DNA of 64,000 nucleotides from an uncultured delta proteobacterium (GCA_963743305.1 CAVUPH010000002.1:1-64000), one strand, 5' to 3'. Counted from the first letter of the stretch, positions 1-9,200 are shown. Made by a program: numbers and translations. The notes: a model not told the origin generated them from the sequence alone.

Positions 1-274
1 AAATCCTGCCAATTTCGATTCTGGTATCTTTCAATTAATTCTAGTTTCCACCTGCGTTTCCATTCTTTTATTTGCTTTTCCCGATTAATAGCGGATTCCA
101 TGCTCTCGTGTAGTTCATACCAAACCAGTCGATGGACTCCATAGCGTTTGGTAAACCCTTCGACTAGGTTGTTCTTATGTTCCATATCCTTTTAACCAGG
201 TCTGAAGTCACGCCAATATAGAGGGTCCCATTTCTTTGGCTTGCCAGAATGTATACCGCAGGGTGTTTATCCAG
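1..274 (-). pseudogene. GIY-YIG nuclease (YhbQ/UPF0213-like), frameshifted, 3' end runs off the window
   Basis: Manual translation: (CTG)DKHPAVYILASQRNGTLYIGVTSDLVKRIW, then after a 1-nt loss near 181-183 (tgg[g]aa) HKNNLVEGFTKRYGVHRLVWYELHESMESAINREKQIKEWKRRWKLELIE. VYIL...LYIG motif; GGAGG RBS before a CTG codon. Confidence 0.85.
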
Positions 275-287
275 TGGTGCCTCCCTC

Positions 288-311
288 GATTCCGGCTTTC
301 GCCGGAATGAC
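288..311. repeat. REP-like palindrome GTCATTCCGGCGAAAGCCGGAATC
   Basis: ATTCCGGC-N4-GCCGGAAT hairpin immediately upstream of the GIY-YIG gene RBS. Confidence 0.75.
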
Positions 312-584
312 AACATAGAAATCGTCACCACTTAAGTTAGCGCGATGGGATTACCTCCGCTCTGGCCCCTGATCTGGGAGGTCTTTGTATAGGCCTGTGC
401 CCGGCACCGTGTGTGTATAAAGCCGGGCCGTCATTTCACTCGGGATCGACAGGAATATCGCCGAAAAAGTCGGGGCCTGGAAAAACGCCGCCGGGGACGT
501 CCTCGCAAATACCCCGTTCCCCAGCCCTTGCCCCTGGCTCCCGAAACCATTAAAGATAGCAAAAACAGGCTCTTTCTGTTAAGT

Positions 585-615
585 TAACGGCATTGGGTCG
601 GGCACAATGCCGTTA
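585..615. repeat. Perfect 11-bp inverted repeat hairpin
   Basis: TAACGGCATTG-N9-CAATGCCGTTA. Confidence 0.7.
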
Positions 616-810
616 GAGGCGCCGGGGAGTCTATTGATCCACACTCTGAACCCGGCCTGCCGAGGAAGTTCGTCGCCAATGTTGCCAGGTCATTACGGTA
701 GACCGGGATTTCCTCACCGAAAAAGCCGGCCGCCTGCGGAGCAAAGCACTGCGTTCCATCGAGGAAGGGCCGCGGCTCGTGCTGGATTTATAATCCTCCT
801 CATCCGGCAC

Positions 811-1035
811 TTATGCCCTTTCTCTTGATTCGCGGATTGCCTCCACGATCTCCCGTTTGGACAGACCTTTGTCCATCCCTGGGACGTCAAAGGGCGAACG
901 GCGAGGACCGGCAGATCGGGGAACGATCGCATACATATCGCCCTTGCGACGCCGGATGACTACCTCTTCGGTCTTTGATTCCTCAAGGATCGTGGCCAAT
1001 TTTTCTCTTGCTTCAGAATACGTATATACCTTCAT
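811..1035 (-). CDS. Phd/YefM-family antitoxin
   Basis: 74 aa, MKVYTYSEAREKLATILEESKTEEVVIRRR (Phd N-terminal pattern); starts 3 nt after the PIN toxin stop. Confidence 0.85.
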   Translation of the reverse strand: MKVYTYSEAREKLATILEESKTEEVVIRRRKGDMYAIVPRSAGPRRSPFDVPGMDKGLSKREIVEAIRESRERA

Positions 1036-1038
1036 AGT

Positions 1039-1428
1039 CTACGTCACCACCTTTATTGCAAGGCTTTTCGCCACCTCGCACATACGATTGTCCAGGCTGA
1101 TGAGGGGCAGTTTCGTTTCCAGACAACACTGGAGATAGAAGGCGTCATAGGCGTGAATTCCTTGCTTCACGGCAATTGTCAGCGCATCACGTATCTTTAT
1201 CGACAACAGCTTTACTGGAATTCTCTGAGAGAGATCAAAGGCTTTGAGCACCTCACGGTCGGTCAGGCGCCCTTTCCTCTTCACGGTTATCAAAGCGTTC
1301 GCGATCTCATAGGGGAGAACTTCTGGCGAAACGATAGCGCAACCGGATGTTCGTTCAATAACCCATTCGCGGCTGGTTTCGTCCAGAACTACCGCCAGAA
1401 ACGCACTTGCGTCAGAGACAATTTCCAT
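1039..1428 (-). CDS. PIN-domain (VapC-like) toxin
   Basis: True start MEIVSDASAFLAV. PIN acidic motifs D-AS, EIANAL, AYDAFY, SLD; 129 aa. Confidence 0.88.
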   Translation of the reverse strand: MEIVSDASAFLAVVLDETSREWVIERTSGCAIVSPEVLPYEIANALITVKRKGRLTDREVLKAFDLSQRIPVKLLSIKIRDALTIAVKQGIHAYDAFYLQCCLETKLPLISLDNRMCEVAKSLAIKVVT

Positions 1429-1435
1429 ATCCCAA

Positions 1436-1464
1436 CTTGTACAACTAGATTCGTGAGTTGTCAA
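1436..1464 (-). promoter_or_regulatory. sigma70 promoter and operator of the TA module
   Basis: TTGACA-N17-TACAAG. ACAACT...AGTTGT inverted repeat overlaps the spacer. ATG lies 7 nt after the -10 hexamer. Confidence 0.65.
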
Positions 1465-1477
1465 TACCCTTCTTAGG

Positions 1478-1592
1478 GTATAATGTGGCGTTGACCCGTG
1501 GCAGGCAGCTTGGAGGGCAAAGGCCATGCAAGCCATTGCCATCGGTGTCCAATGGCCTGGTTGGTGCCGCCTACGCGGCGCCGACCGGGACA
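1478..1592 (-). repeat. attC-like site A plus upstream mini-hairpin (homologous to 3711-3827)
   Basis: Minus strand: CACCAAC-CAGGCC-ATTGGACACCG...CGGGTCAAC-GCCAC-ATTATAC. Imperfect hairpin with extrahelical bases; R' is ATT rather than GTT. Confidence 0.6.
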
Positions 1593-1603
1593 TGGACCCG
1601 AAG

Positions 1604-1666
1604 GGGCAAGATGAGCGTCACCCGGAGCCGGCAATCTCGGCGATCGGGTGCACGCTATAGTTGGGG
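1604..1666 (-). repeat. attC-like site B
   Basis: CCCCAAC-N5-CGTGCACC...GGTGACG-N5-CTTGCCC. Canonical R''/L''/L' geometry with one extra base in L''; R' degenerate (CTT). Confidence 0.55.
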
Positions 1667-1726
1667 CATCCCCCTTGGAGGATATCACACTCGTCCCCAC
1701 AGTTTCCCTGGCTCTTATCAAGACAT

Positions 1727-2078
1727 TCAAGTAGGAAATTCTCTCCTCAACACGACCCAAAAGCCACCTTCGGTAATCATGGTCGCCTTTTTCTTCAGTT
1801 CGGCCGCTTCGAGGAGCGACCACAGGTCCCTTTCGGTTATCCTGACCCGGCCCAGAGCTTGGTTGAGACCCTTCGAGCGCATCTCAATGCCCCGGATGAC
1901 ATCCTCCGGAGTATGGCATCCGAATCCCGCCTCCGACAAAAGCCATGCCTCCAGGCTTCAGAGACCGGTAGATTGCCGACAGGTCGGGTCTGAAAAAAGA
2001 CGGGAAAAAGAATGCTCCACTCCGGTTCGCTTCCTGGCTTCGAACATCCAGCCCAGCTAGGCCGGCGGTATCTGGCAA
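1727..2078 (-). pseudogene. Class I SAM methyltransferase C-terminal remnant, frameshifted
   Basis: RSGAFFFPSFFRPDLSAIYRSLKPGGMAFVGGG then FGCHTPEDV across two frames; no N-terminal SAM-binding motif seen. Confidence 0.55.
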
Positions 2079-2477
2079 ATTTTAATAAGAATTTCCGCTT
2101 GTGGCAGCGGTGGGTGATATGTGTACCGACCCCTGTTTAGGAAATATCGATTGGCTCTGGGCATGGGTTGTCTGTTTAGAAGCCTCTTTTGAGAGGCAAA
2201 AAGAGCATTTTAAGACCTTAAATCGCTGCAGTCGGATTCAATATATTTCAAATGAACTACCCCGGGCCTTATGTATTTTTCGAAGTCGCTTTTGTCGAGG
2301 CTACCCCAATTGTCATGCCCTTCTTATTCCAGGCCCCTTATGGCTTTTGTTTTTCACGGTCTTCAGAAAACGCCTTTGCCGTTACCACTACCAGTCTTTC
2401 AGCCCTAACCCGCTCTTAGAAAACCGCCTTTTGCTTCTGCCTAGCCCATCAGGATTCTAGACGCAGAATCATAGAGA

Positions 2478-3616
2478 CTACCGCGCAAGTTTATCAGCTA
2501 GCTGTAACTCCTCATTGAAGTGGAATCTTTTCTGTAAACTTGCTTCGGTGGTCTCGTATGTGCCTGAAATGCGAATCCATTTCGGGGGACGGAGTGGGGC
2601 AATGAGAGTTTTAGGCGGTTCTCCATGCAAACTTGGGTTAAGTGCAACGCAAGCCATGACTATTTTCATCTCCCCGCTACCCAAAAGTTCTGAAGCCTGA
2701 ACCTTATTTTTGGGGCAGTAAGCTCTGCACCCGTCGAAACTGGAATGATGCTGGAAACACCTTTTTCATCTACTACAGTTATCGCCATCTCTTGAACCTT
2801 AATGCCTCCAAGATTACGATCAGGCGAGATGGTCACCCCGGGGTTATTGGTCGCCTGAACGGCCTTCCTAACATAAGTTTCGGGCTGCAGTATGAAGTTA
2901 ATATTGTGGAGTCGGGCGAGACTTTTATTAGTCAATGTGACTCTCAGATCGCTGTATATATCTTCCTTCCATACTATACCATCAACATTCGAGCCCTCTG
3001 GGTGAGACAGTTCGTAGCCGTAAGCGTCTATTTCCAATGGGCAGTCCGCCACGGCCGAGGCTCTAGTGCATACAATGTCTTGAATCTCAGGTGGTTTGAC
3101 TAATTTGTCGCCCGCTACGTAGTCGCCTCTAATATCGTATTTGTCGCGGCCAACGTAATCATGTCCAGTTGCGATCATGGTATTCCCGTTTCCGACAATG
3201 TTCCCCGACTGCGTTACTACGCCTGTTTGAGTTGTGTTGAATATCTGAGCTTGCTTCCTTATCGTTACGCGTATGCTTTGTTCCCTGTTTCCATCAAGCG
3301 ATTTTAGCGTTCGTGCGATTTCTTTGATATCACTTTTATTTAAGTTTCCCGCCGGTGAAATTATCCAGGTTCTCTCGTTACCTTTGATTTCACCACCCTT
3401 AAGTTCCGGCGTCCTGTAACGTTTGGCGATGTTCTTGTCCTTATTAAAAAGATCCTTAAAATACTCGACGCCGCTCTTGAGAGCTTCGCTACCCACCAAC
3501 TTCAAGGCCTGTTTCGCCAACTCCGAAAGAATTATACCGATTCCTGCCGCCTGCGAGGTACTTGTGCAGGCAAAACAAATCAACATACAAATGATAGCAA
3601 CTTTCTTAATAACCAT
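2478..3616 (-). CDS. Orphan hypothetical protein with signal-peptide-like N-terminus; probable 1-nt frameshift near 2695
   Basis: ORF 2666-3652 joins ORF 2478-2684 if one G is restored (ttc ag[g] gct tca). ATG at 3616 follows GAGGAAGGA; lower GC than core genes. Confidence 0.6.
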
Positions 3617-3710
3617 TCCTTCCTCCCAGAGACCTCGACACTCAAAAGACAATAAACGTGATAGGCCCCAAGCGTCGCAACTTCCTTATTCGGCTTTCCC
3701 TCTTTCGCAG

Positions 3711-3827
3711 TTCGAATGCGGCGTTGTCCCATGGCACGCAGCTTGCGGGGCCGAAGGCCCATGCAAGCTAGTGCCACATTTTCCAATGGCCTGGTTGGTG
3801 CCGCCTGCGGCGGCGCCGACCGGGGAC
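3711..3827 (-). repeat. attC-like site C plus mini-hairpin (homologous to 1478-1592)
   Basis: Shares CCGGTCGGCGCCGC..AGGCGGCACCAACCAGGCCATTGGA...GCTTGCATGG...CAAGCTGC.TGCCA.GGG.CAACGCC.CATT with site A; similarity ends right after ATT. Confidence 0.65.
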
Positions 3828-4268
3828 GCGACAAAGACTTTCATTTTCTGCCCTTTTGTCTCGTGCCCAACACCCCTCGGATGAGCGGTGGCCGCGAGGT
3901 GCAGGCTCGCTTGGGCTTCGTGGACATTCTTCATGCCGGATATACTCTCCGGATACAGAGAAACTTTTAACCTCGATGGAATTCCCATTTCATATTGGAC
4001 TCCATAAAGTTAGAGGTTTTATGGGTAGGTTAAGAGAGTCTGGTGATTGAACATTTCAAAAATACTCCCAGGTAATTGGATAGTCAAGTTGTAAGTTTTC
4101 TTCCAGAACTTTCTTCTATCCAAGCTTATCTTATTGATTTTCAATCGCAATTTTTCATGGAAAATTCGGGTTTACCTGCCCGGCCTTTTTCCATAAATGG
4201 TTTTTAAGGTTGCGCAATGGAAGAAAAGGGTGCCATAAAAATGGAATCCTTGTTATAATTTTTTCTAT

Positions 4269-5069
4269 ATGCCGAAAATAAAAGCCAACGGAATCAATAT
4301 TTATTATGAAATCCACGGTCAAGGCGAACCGCTGATCCTGATCATGGGACTCCGGCGGAACGCCGAGTGGTGGTACTGCCAGATTCCCACCCTGTCAAAA
4401 CATTTTCAGGTGGTGGTGTTCGACAACCGGGGCGCGGGTCGGTCCGACCAGCCGGACATGGACTATTCCATTTCCCTCTTTGCCGACGATACGGCCGCCT
4501 TGATGAAAGGCCTGGGCCTTTCTTCGGCCCATGTGCTCGGTATTTCCATGGGAGGCTATATCGCTCAGGAGCTGGCCATCAACTACCCGGAAATGGTTCA
4601 AAGGCTGATCCTCGGCTGCACCGGGCCCGGAGGCAGCCGGGCGGTGATGATGAGTCAGGAACTTCTAACCAAATTCACCGCCAACCAGGGGCTTCCCCCG
4701 GAGGACATCCTCCGCAAAGATATGGACATTTATTTTTCGGAAAGATTCATCCAGGGTAGGCCGGAAAAGATCAAGGAGTTTATTGAAATCTCTCTTCGCT
4801 ATTACCAGCCCCTGCAGGCTTTTCTGCGGCAGTTCGCCGCCTGCCAAGAACACGATACCTTCGAGCGCCTCCAGCGGATAACCCAGCCCACTCTGATCAT
4901 AACCGGCGATGACGATCCGCTGGTGCCCCCCGGAAACTCCCGCCTCCTGAAGAAAATGATCCCCCGGGCCCGGCTGGAATTCTTCCCCGCCGGCCGCCAT
5001 TGCTTCTTTATGGAATTTGCATCCCAATTCAATCGGCAGGTGATCGATTTTTTCAAAAATGAAAATTGA
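4269..5069 (+). CDS. Alpha/beta fold hydrolase
   Basis: FDNRGAGRS, GISMGG nucleophile elbow, GDDDPL, GRH; 266 aa. Confidence 0.92.
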   Translation: MPKIKANGINIYYEIHGQGEPLILIMGLRRNAEWWYCQIPTLSKHFQVVVFDNRGAGRSDQPDMDYSISLFADDTAALMKGLGLSSAHVLGISMGGYIAQELAINYPEMVQRLILGCTGPGGSRAVMMSQELLTKFTANQGLPPEDILRKDMDIYFSERFIQGRPEKIKEFIEISLRYYQPLQAFLRQFAACQEHDTFERLQRITQPTLIITGDDDPLVPPGNSRLLKKMIPRARLEFFPAGRHCFFMEFASQFNRQVIDFFKNEN

Positions 5070-5138
5070 TATTTGCCCGCCGAGTTGCTATACTTTCTAT
5101 CATCTCATTCTTTTAAACCGTCTGGGAAAAGGGAAAAT

Positions 5139-5720
5139 ATGGAACCCGCCATCGGGGTGAAAAAAACTGGTTTTTCCTACCGGGATTACCAAACTTGGGA
5201 TAAGGACCAACGATGGGAGATCTTTAGGGGGGAAGCGTATCTGATGACTCCCGCACCTCCCCGGAGACACCAGGAAATCAGTGTCGAACTGACCCGTCAG
5301 TTCTCCAATTTCCTTTTAGGCAAAGCCTGTCGGGTCTATGCCGCGCCTTTTGATATTCGGCTGGGCGATTCAACCGAAAAGGATGAGGATATACTCACGG
5401 TCGTTCAGCCTGATATTTCCGTGATTTGCGACCCGGTCCGCTTGGATGAAAAGGGGTGCCTCGGGGCCCCGGATCTGATTATTGAAATCCTCTCCCCGGG
5501 CACCAGCCGCCGGGACTGGAAAGACAAATTTTCGTTATACGAGGAATTCGGGGTCCGAGAATATTGGATCGTCGATCCGGCGGCCAAGACCGTGGTGGTA
5601 TTTATCTTGGGAAATGACGGCCGGTACGGCCGCCCCGAAGTTTACACGGAAGAAGACAGTCTCCCTGTTGGATTATTAGAGGGACTGGTCATCCAGTTGG
5701 GGTCGGTCTTTAAGGATTAG
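5139..5720 (+). CDS. Uma2/DUF820 family endonuclease
   Basis: VVQPDISVICD, GAPDLIIEILSPGT, GVREYWIVDP. Confidence 0.9.
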   Translation: MEPAIGVKKTGFSYRDYQTWDKDQRWEIFRGEAYLMTPAPPRRHQEISVELTRQFSNFLLGKACRVYAAPFDIRLGDSTEKDEDILTVVQPDISVICDPVRLDEKGCLGAPDLIIEILSPGTSRRDWKDKFSLYEEFGVREYWIVDPAAKTVVVFILGNDGRYGRPEVYTEEDSLPVGLLEGLVIQLGSVFKD

Positions 5721-5736
5721 ATCTCTCACCTCCGGT

Positions 5737-6598
5737 TCAGCCCATCTCCGGCCCGGCCAGGCCAAAGATCCCCTTCGATATTCCCGCTCGACTTTCCGGG
5801 CCGAAGGCCATCTGCGTCAAATCCCGTTGCTTGACCAACCCCCGATCCGCCAGCACCTCCGAACCGAGTCCGAAGCCGGTATTGAAATCCAGGTAGACCT
5901 TTTCGCCGGCCAGTTGTCCCAGCATTCCGTCTAAAAGGGCGAGGGCCGTCTCTCGGCCCCGCGCCGCCACCGGACCGATATAGAAGGCCCGGCGGCCCGG
6001 CCGGGCCAGGGCAAAGCCCTCCAGTTGCCCTTCCGGGCTCATCGCGACCAGCGGCGCCACCGGGGAATCGGCTATTAAAGAAGCGAGGATTGGACTTCGA
6101 TCAGCGCCGAAGGCCAGACGATCGAAGGCGTAAATCGCCGGACGGAGCCGTTCATCCCAGGCCGGCCATTCTTTCTTTACCCCCGGTTGCCCCATTCCTT
6201 CCCAGCGTTCGATCAGCCCCTCGGGCCGAAAGCCCAACGATTCGTATAACGGCCTTCCGGACGGCGTGGCATCCAGCTTGATGGAGTTCACCCCGATCCG
6301 CTGCAGGTGCTTCATGGCCGCCTGCATCATCCGGGTGCCGAGGCCGCGACGGCGATAATCCGGATCGACCAGCATCATGCCGATCCAGGCCAGTTCCGTA
6401 CCATAAGCCACGGTGGTGATCGTGCCGATCAGCCGCCCATCGAGGAAGGCCCCCAAGCAACCCCCGGGCTCGGATTGGAGCAGCCTCCGCCAGTCGCGCT
6501 CGGTCTGATTCCACTGGGACTGTTCCGTAAGCTGCAGCGCCGCCGGCAAATGGACTTCGCTTAGCAATTCTATTTCAACAGAGACTCGGATTTTTCAT
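5737..6598 (-). CDS. GNAT family N-acetyltransferase (two-domain, YitH-like); ATG at 6598 is out of frame by one A
   Basis: MLVDPDYRRRGLG and LYESLGF motifs. atg aaa aat ccg becomes MKIRVSVEIELLS if one A of the A5 run is removed. Confidence 0.85.
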
Positions 6599-6603
6599 TC
6601 CGC

Positions 6604-6999
6604 CTACCAAGCCGTTTTTACAGGGGCCTCTTTTCGAATTTTCTTATCTTTGGTGAGCAGGACCAGATCTAAATCCAGGGCAGTGGCAATAATAATTCGG
6701 TCTATCGGATCGACCAGGGATTTCAGGGGCAAGCGGACCGCATTAAGAGCGATGGCATTGGTGACGGGGACAAATTGGATAAAAGGTAGGGTTTCAGAGG
6801 CTCGGATCCAGTCCCCTACCTCCAGGGTCAATTGCAGCCGACCTTTGGCGACCAGCATGGCCACCTCCCAACAGCTCATGGAGGAGATATAAATCTTTTT
6901 TTCAACCACGGCTTTATCGATCAACATCCTGGCTTCGGGCGACAATAGATCCGGGTTGCTCACCCACCAGATCCAAACGTGCGTGTCCAGGATAATCAT
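6604..6999 (-). CDS. PIN-domain (VapC-like) toxin
   Basis: MIILDTHVWIWW, SCWEVAML, DPIDRIIIATA, LLTKD; ATGA overlap with the antitoxin stop. Confidence 0.92.
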   Translation of the reverse strand: MIILDTHVWIWWVSNPDLLSPEARMLIDKAVVEKKIYISSMSCWEVAMLVAKGRLQLTLEVGDWIRASETLPFIQFVPVTNAIALNAVRLPLKSLVDPIDRIIIATALDLDLVLLTKDKKIRKEAPVKTAW

Positions 7000-7229
7000 T
7001 TGAGATGCTCCCAATCATCCAAACCAACCGGTTCAAAAGGTTTTTCGTACTTAACGACCGAATCCTTCAGGGTCTCCAGTCCCCTGAGGGGTTGTTGGGA
7101 ATACGGAAGGATCTTGAGGACCGGTTTCCCTCGATCCGTAATAACCAGAGGTTCCCCGCTTTCTTCCACCTGGCGGAAGTATTCCAGGGCCTGAGGCTTA
7201 AATTTAGACTTGGAAACCGTTTGTTCCAT
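6996..7229 (-). CDS. Phd/YefM-family antitoxin
   Basis: MEQTVSKSKFKPQALEYFRQVEESGEPLVITDRGKPV; GGAGG RBS. Confidence 0.9.
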   Translation of the reverse strand: MEQTVSKSKFKPQALEYFRQVEESGEPLVITDRGKPVLKILPYSQQPLRGLETLKDSVVKYEKPFEPVGLDDWEHLK

Positions 7230-7263
7230 GGTCATCCTCCTGAAATGGATATCTGGCCTAATA

Positions 7264-7301
7264 ACCATAGTCATGGTACTGTGGTCATATATTATTGTCA
7301 A
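7264..7301 (-). promoter_or_regulatory. sigma70 promoter and operator of the second TA operon
   Basis: TTGACA-N17-TACCAT; ACCAT-N4-ATGGT palindrome over the -10 element. Confidence 0.7.
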
Positions 7302-7320
7302 CGGATAAAAAACGGAAGAT

Positions 7321-8556
7321 TCAGGCGGGACGGGATTTTTTTTCCAAAACGCTTAGGACCAGGGAAAGGGATGTCCCCAGAAAAGCCGAAGTGACCAGCA
7401 GCCAGGGGGCGGCCTGCCAGGTGCCGGTGGCGGAAACCGTCCAAGCCAGCAGCGGCGGTCCGACAACCTGACCCAACTGGGAACCCTGGACGATCAGACC
7501 GTTGGTGGTGGCTACCAGCTTAGGGTTGGGGGCAAAGACCGGGGCGCCGCCGAAGACCGCGGCTGGGATCACGCCTCCCACCCCACTGAAGATCAGACAG
7601 GACAGGTACTGGAGTACAAAAGGAAATCCGGAGTTAAAAATAACCAGGCTGCCCGCCGCCATGACCAAACTGGAAAAGGCGATGATCCGCCAGCGTCGCC
7701 ACCCACGTTGCAGGAGCCAGCCCCCCATAAAATTTCCGGGGATATTCACGGCCACCATAACCGCGGTCAGGATCGAGGATGAGCCGGCCTGGAACCCGCG
7801 ATTTTCCATAAGCAGCGTAGGGAAAAAGCCCATCACCGTTACCCATTCCAGGGCATAGGTGGAAAAAATAAGAGCCAGGACAATCGGGCCGGGGGCCGAG
7901 GCCGTTTTAAGGACGTCACTCAGGATGAGCCGCCAGCCGGCCTTAGGACCTCCGGCGGTCCGGCTCAAACCCCGTGTCCGTATCGACAGGACCAGGGCAT
8001 ATCCCAGCAGGATCAGCGCATTGGCCCGCCAGAGCCCCCGCCACCCGGAAAAACCGAGGACTAATGGGGACCCGAACATGATCAGGGTCATTCCAATGGG
8101 CACGAACGCACTCCAGATCCCCAGGGCCAGCCGAATCTGATCCGGCCGGACGATCTTAAAAATCAAGGCCGGGGCCGCTGTGGCGATGATCAGGAACCCC
8201 AGCCCCTCCAGGATGCGGGTCCCCAGCAGCACGGCCGGACTCCCTGCCCAGGCGCCGACCAGGCTGCCACCCGCCTGGATCACCAGTCCCCACAACAGCA
8301 GCCGGCGGTGCCCCAGACGATCGGCCAGGGCCCCGGCCACCGGGCCGAGGAACAGCCCGGTGAGGTTAAAAATGGACAGGACCCAACTGACGAGAAACAG
8401 GCTCATCTGCAGGTCGGCCCGGATCCCCGGCAAAACCGGCGGTACCTTGCCGATCTGAAAGGAGGCGACCACCCCGGCCCCCACCAGGAGCAGCACCTGT
8501 CCCCAGGGAGTGTTTCCCTCATTCTCGATTTTCGATTTTCTTTTCTGTTCCGACAT
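7321..8556 (-). CDS. MFS transporter (CynX/NimT-like)
   Basis: About 12 hydrophobic segments; motif A GALADRLGHRR. Confidence 0.88.
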   Translation of the reverse strand: MSEQKRKSKIENEGNTPWGQVLLLVGAGVVASFQIGKVPPVLPGIRADLQMSLFLVSWVLSIFNLTGLFLGPVAGALADRLGHRRLLLWGLVIQAGGSLVGAWAGSPAVLLGTRILEGLGFLIIATAAPALIFKIVRPDQIRLALGIWSAFVPIGMTLIMFGSPLVLGFSGWRGLWRANALILLGYALVLSIRTRGLSRTAGGPKAGWRLILSDVLKTASAPGPIVLALIFSTYALEWVTVMGFFPTLLMENRGFQAGSSSILTAVMVAVNIPGNFMGGWLLQRGWRRWRIIAFSSLVMAAGSLVIFNSGFPFVLQYLSCLIFSGVGGVIPAAVFGGAPVFAPNPKLVATTNGLIVQGSQLGQVVGPPLLAWTVSATGTWQAAPWLLVTSAFLGTSLSLVLSVLEKKSRPA

Positions 8557-8717
8557 CCTGGTGGCCTGGAATCCGGCATCTCCATCATTTTCGTAACAAA
8601 AAACCGTGTTTAAGCGGATCCGAGATTATTGAGCATTTTTGCTCAGGCCTCAAGGTTTTTTATCCGATTGAACCCAGGAGATTAGAATATCTTTCAATAC
8701 GGAACGAGGGGTGGGAG

Positions 8718-8763
8718 TCCCTGCCGGCGGGGGGGGTGATAACGACCCGGCTGCCGGCAGGGA
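8718..8763 (-). terminator. GC-rich hairpin after rubrerythrin (possible terminator or stabiliser)
   Basis: TCCCTGCCGGC...GCCGGCAGGGA inverted repeat 15 nt past the stop; no clear U tract. Confidence 0.4.
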
Positions 8764-8777
8764 GAGCGAGGAGAGAT

Positions 8778-9200
8778 TTAGGCGAAGTATCGTTTCAATA
8801 GACCTTCCAGCGCCCGGGCGTGGCGCCCTTCGTCCCGGGCCGATTCATCGAAGAAATCGTGGGCCGGGTCGCAGTTGCATTCCTTGGAGCGCAGGGCGGC
8901 CTCCCGCTTGCCCTTGTTGGCCATCCGTTCGCCCTTCAGCATCCGCTCCATATTTTCCTTGGTGCTGGTACTGACCAGGCCGTTCAACTCGGCGAACTGG
9001 GCGGCATGGTTGGCCTCGTCCCAGGCAATGTCCTTCAAAGATCGGGACACTTCCGGAAATCCTTCCCGTTCGGCCGCGCGGGCCATAGCCAGATAGAGGC
9101 CCACTTCGGCGGTCTCGCCTCGAAAATTGTCCATCACATCTTTTTCCACCGGGGTGTCTTTGGTCACTCCCACCAGATTTTCAATGACTAATTCACTCAT
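8778..9200 (-). CDS. Rubrerythrin-family ferritin-like diiron protein, no rubredoxin domain
   Basis: [26 protein letters not shown]; two ExxH-type sites (DEANH, DEGRH); 140 aa. Confidence 0.88.
   Translation of the reverse strand: MSELVIENLVGVTKDTPVEKDVMDNFRGETAEVGLYLAMARAAEREGFPEVSRSLKDIAWDEANHAAQFAELNGLVSTSTKENMERMLKGERMANKGKREAALRSKECNCDPAHDFFDESARDEGRHARALEGLLKRYFA

Noticed and set aside
335-560. Coding-like minus-strand fragment with an in-frame TGA (possible selenocysteine)
   Set aside because: No Cys-equivalent context or SECIS-like hairpin that I can support; probably a decayed gene fragment that I cannot assign.
1429-1593. N-terminal extension of the PIN toxin, and small ORFs at 1458-2060 and 3580-3988
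   Set aside because: They translate the attC-like repeat and promoter DNA; the shared peptide GGTNQAIG reflects the DNA repeat, not a protein family.
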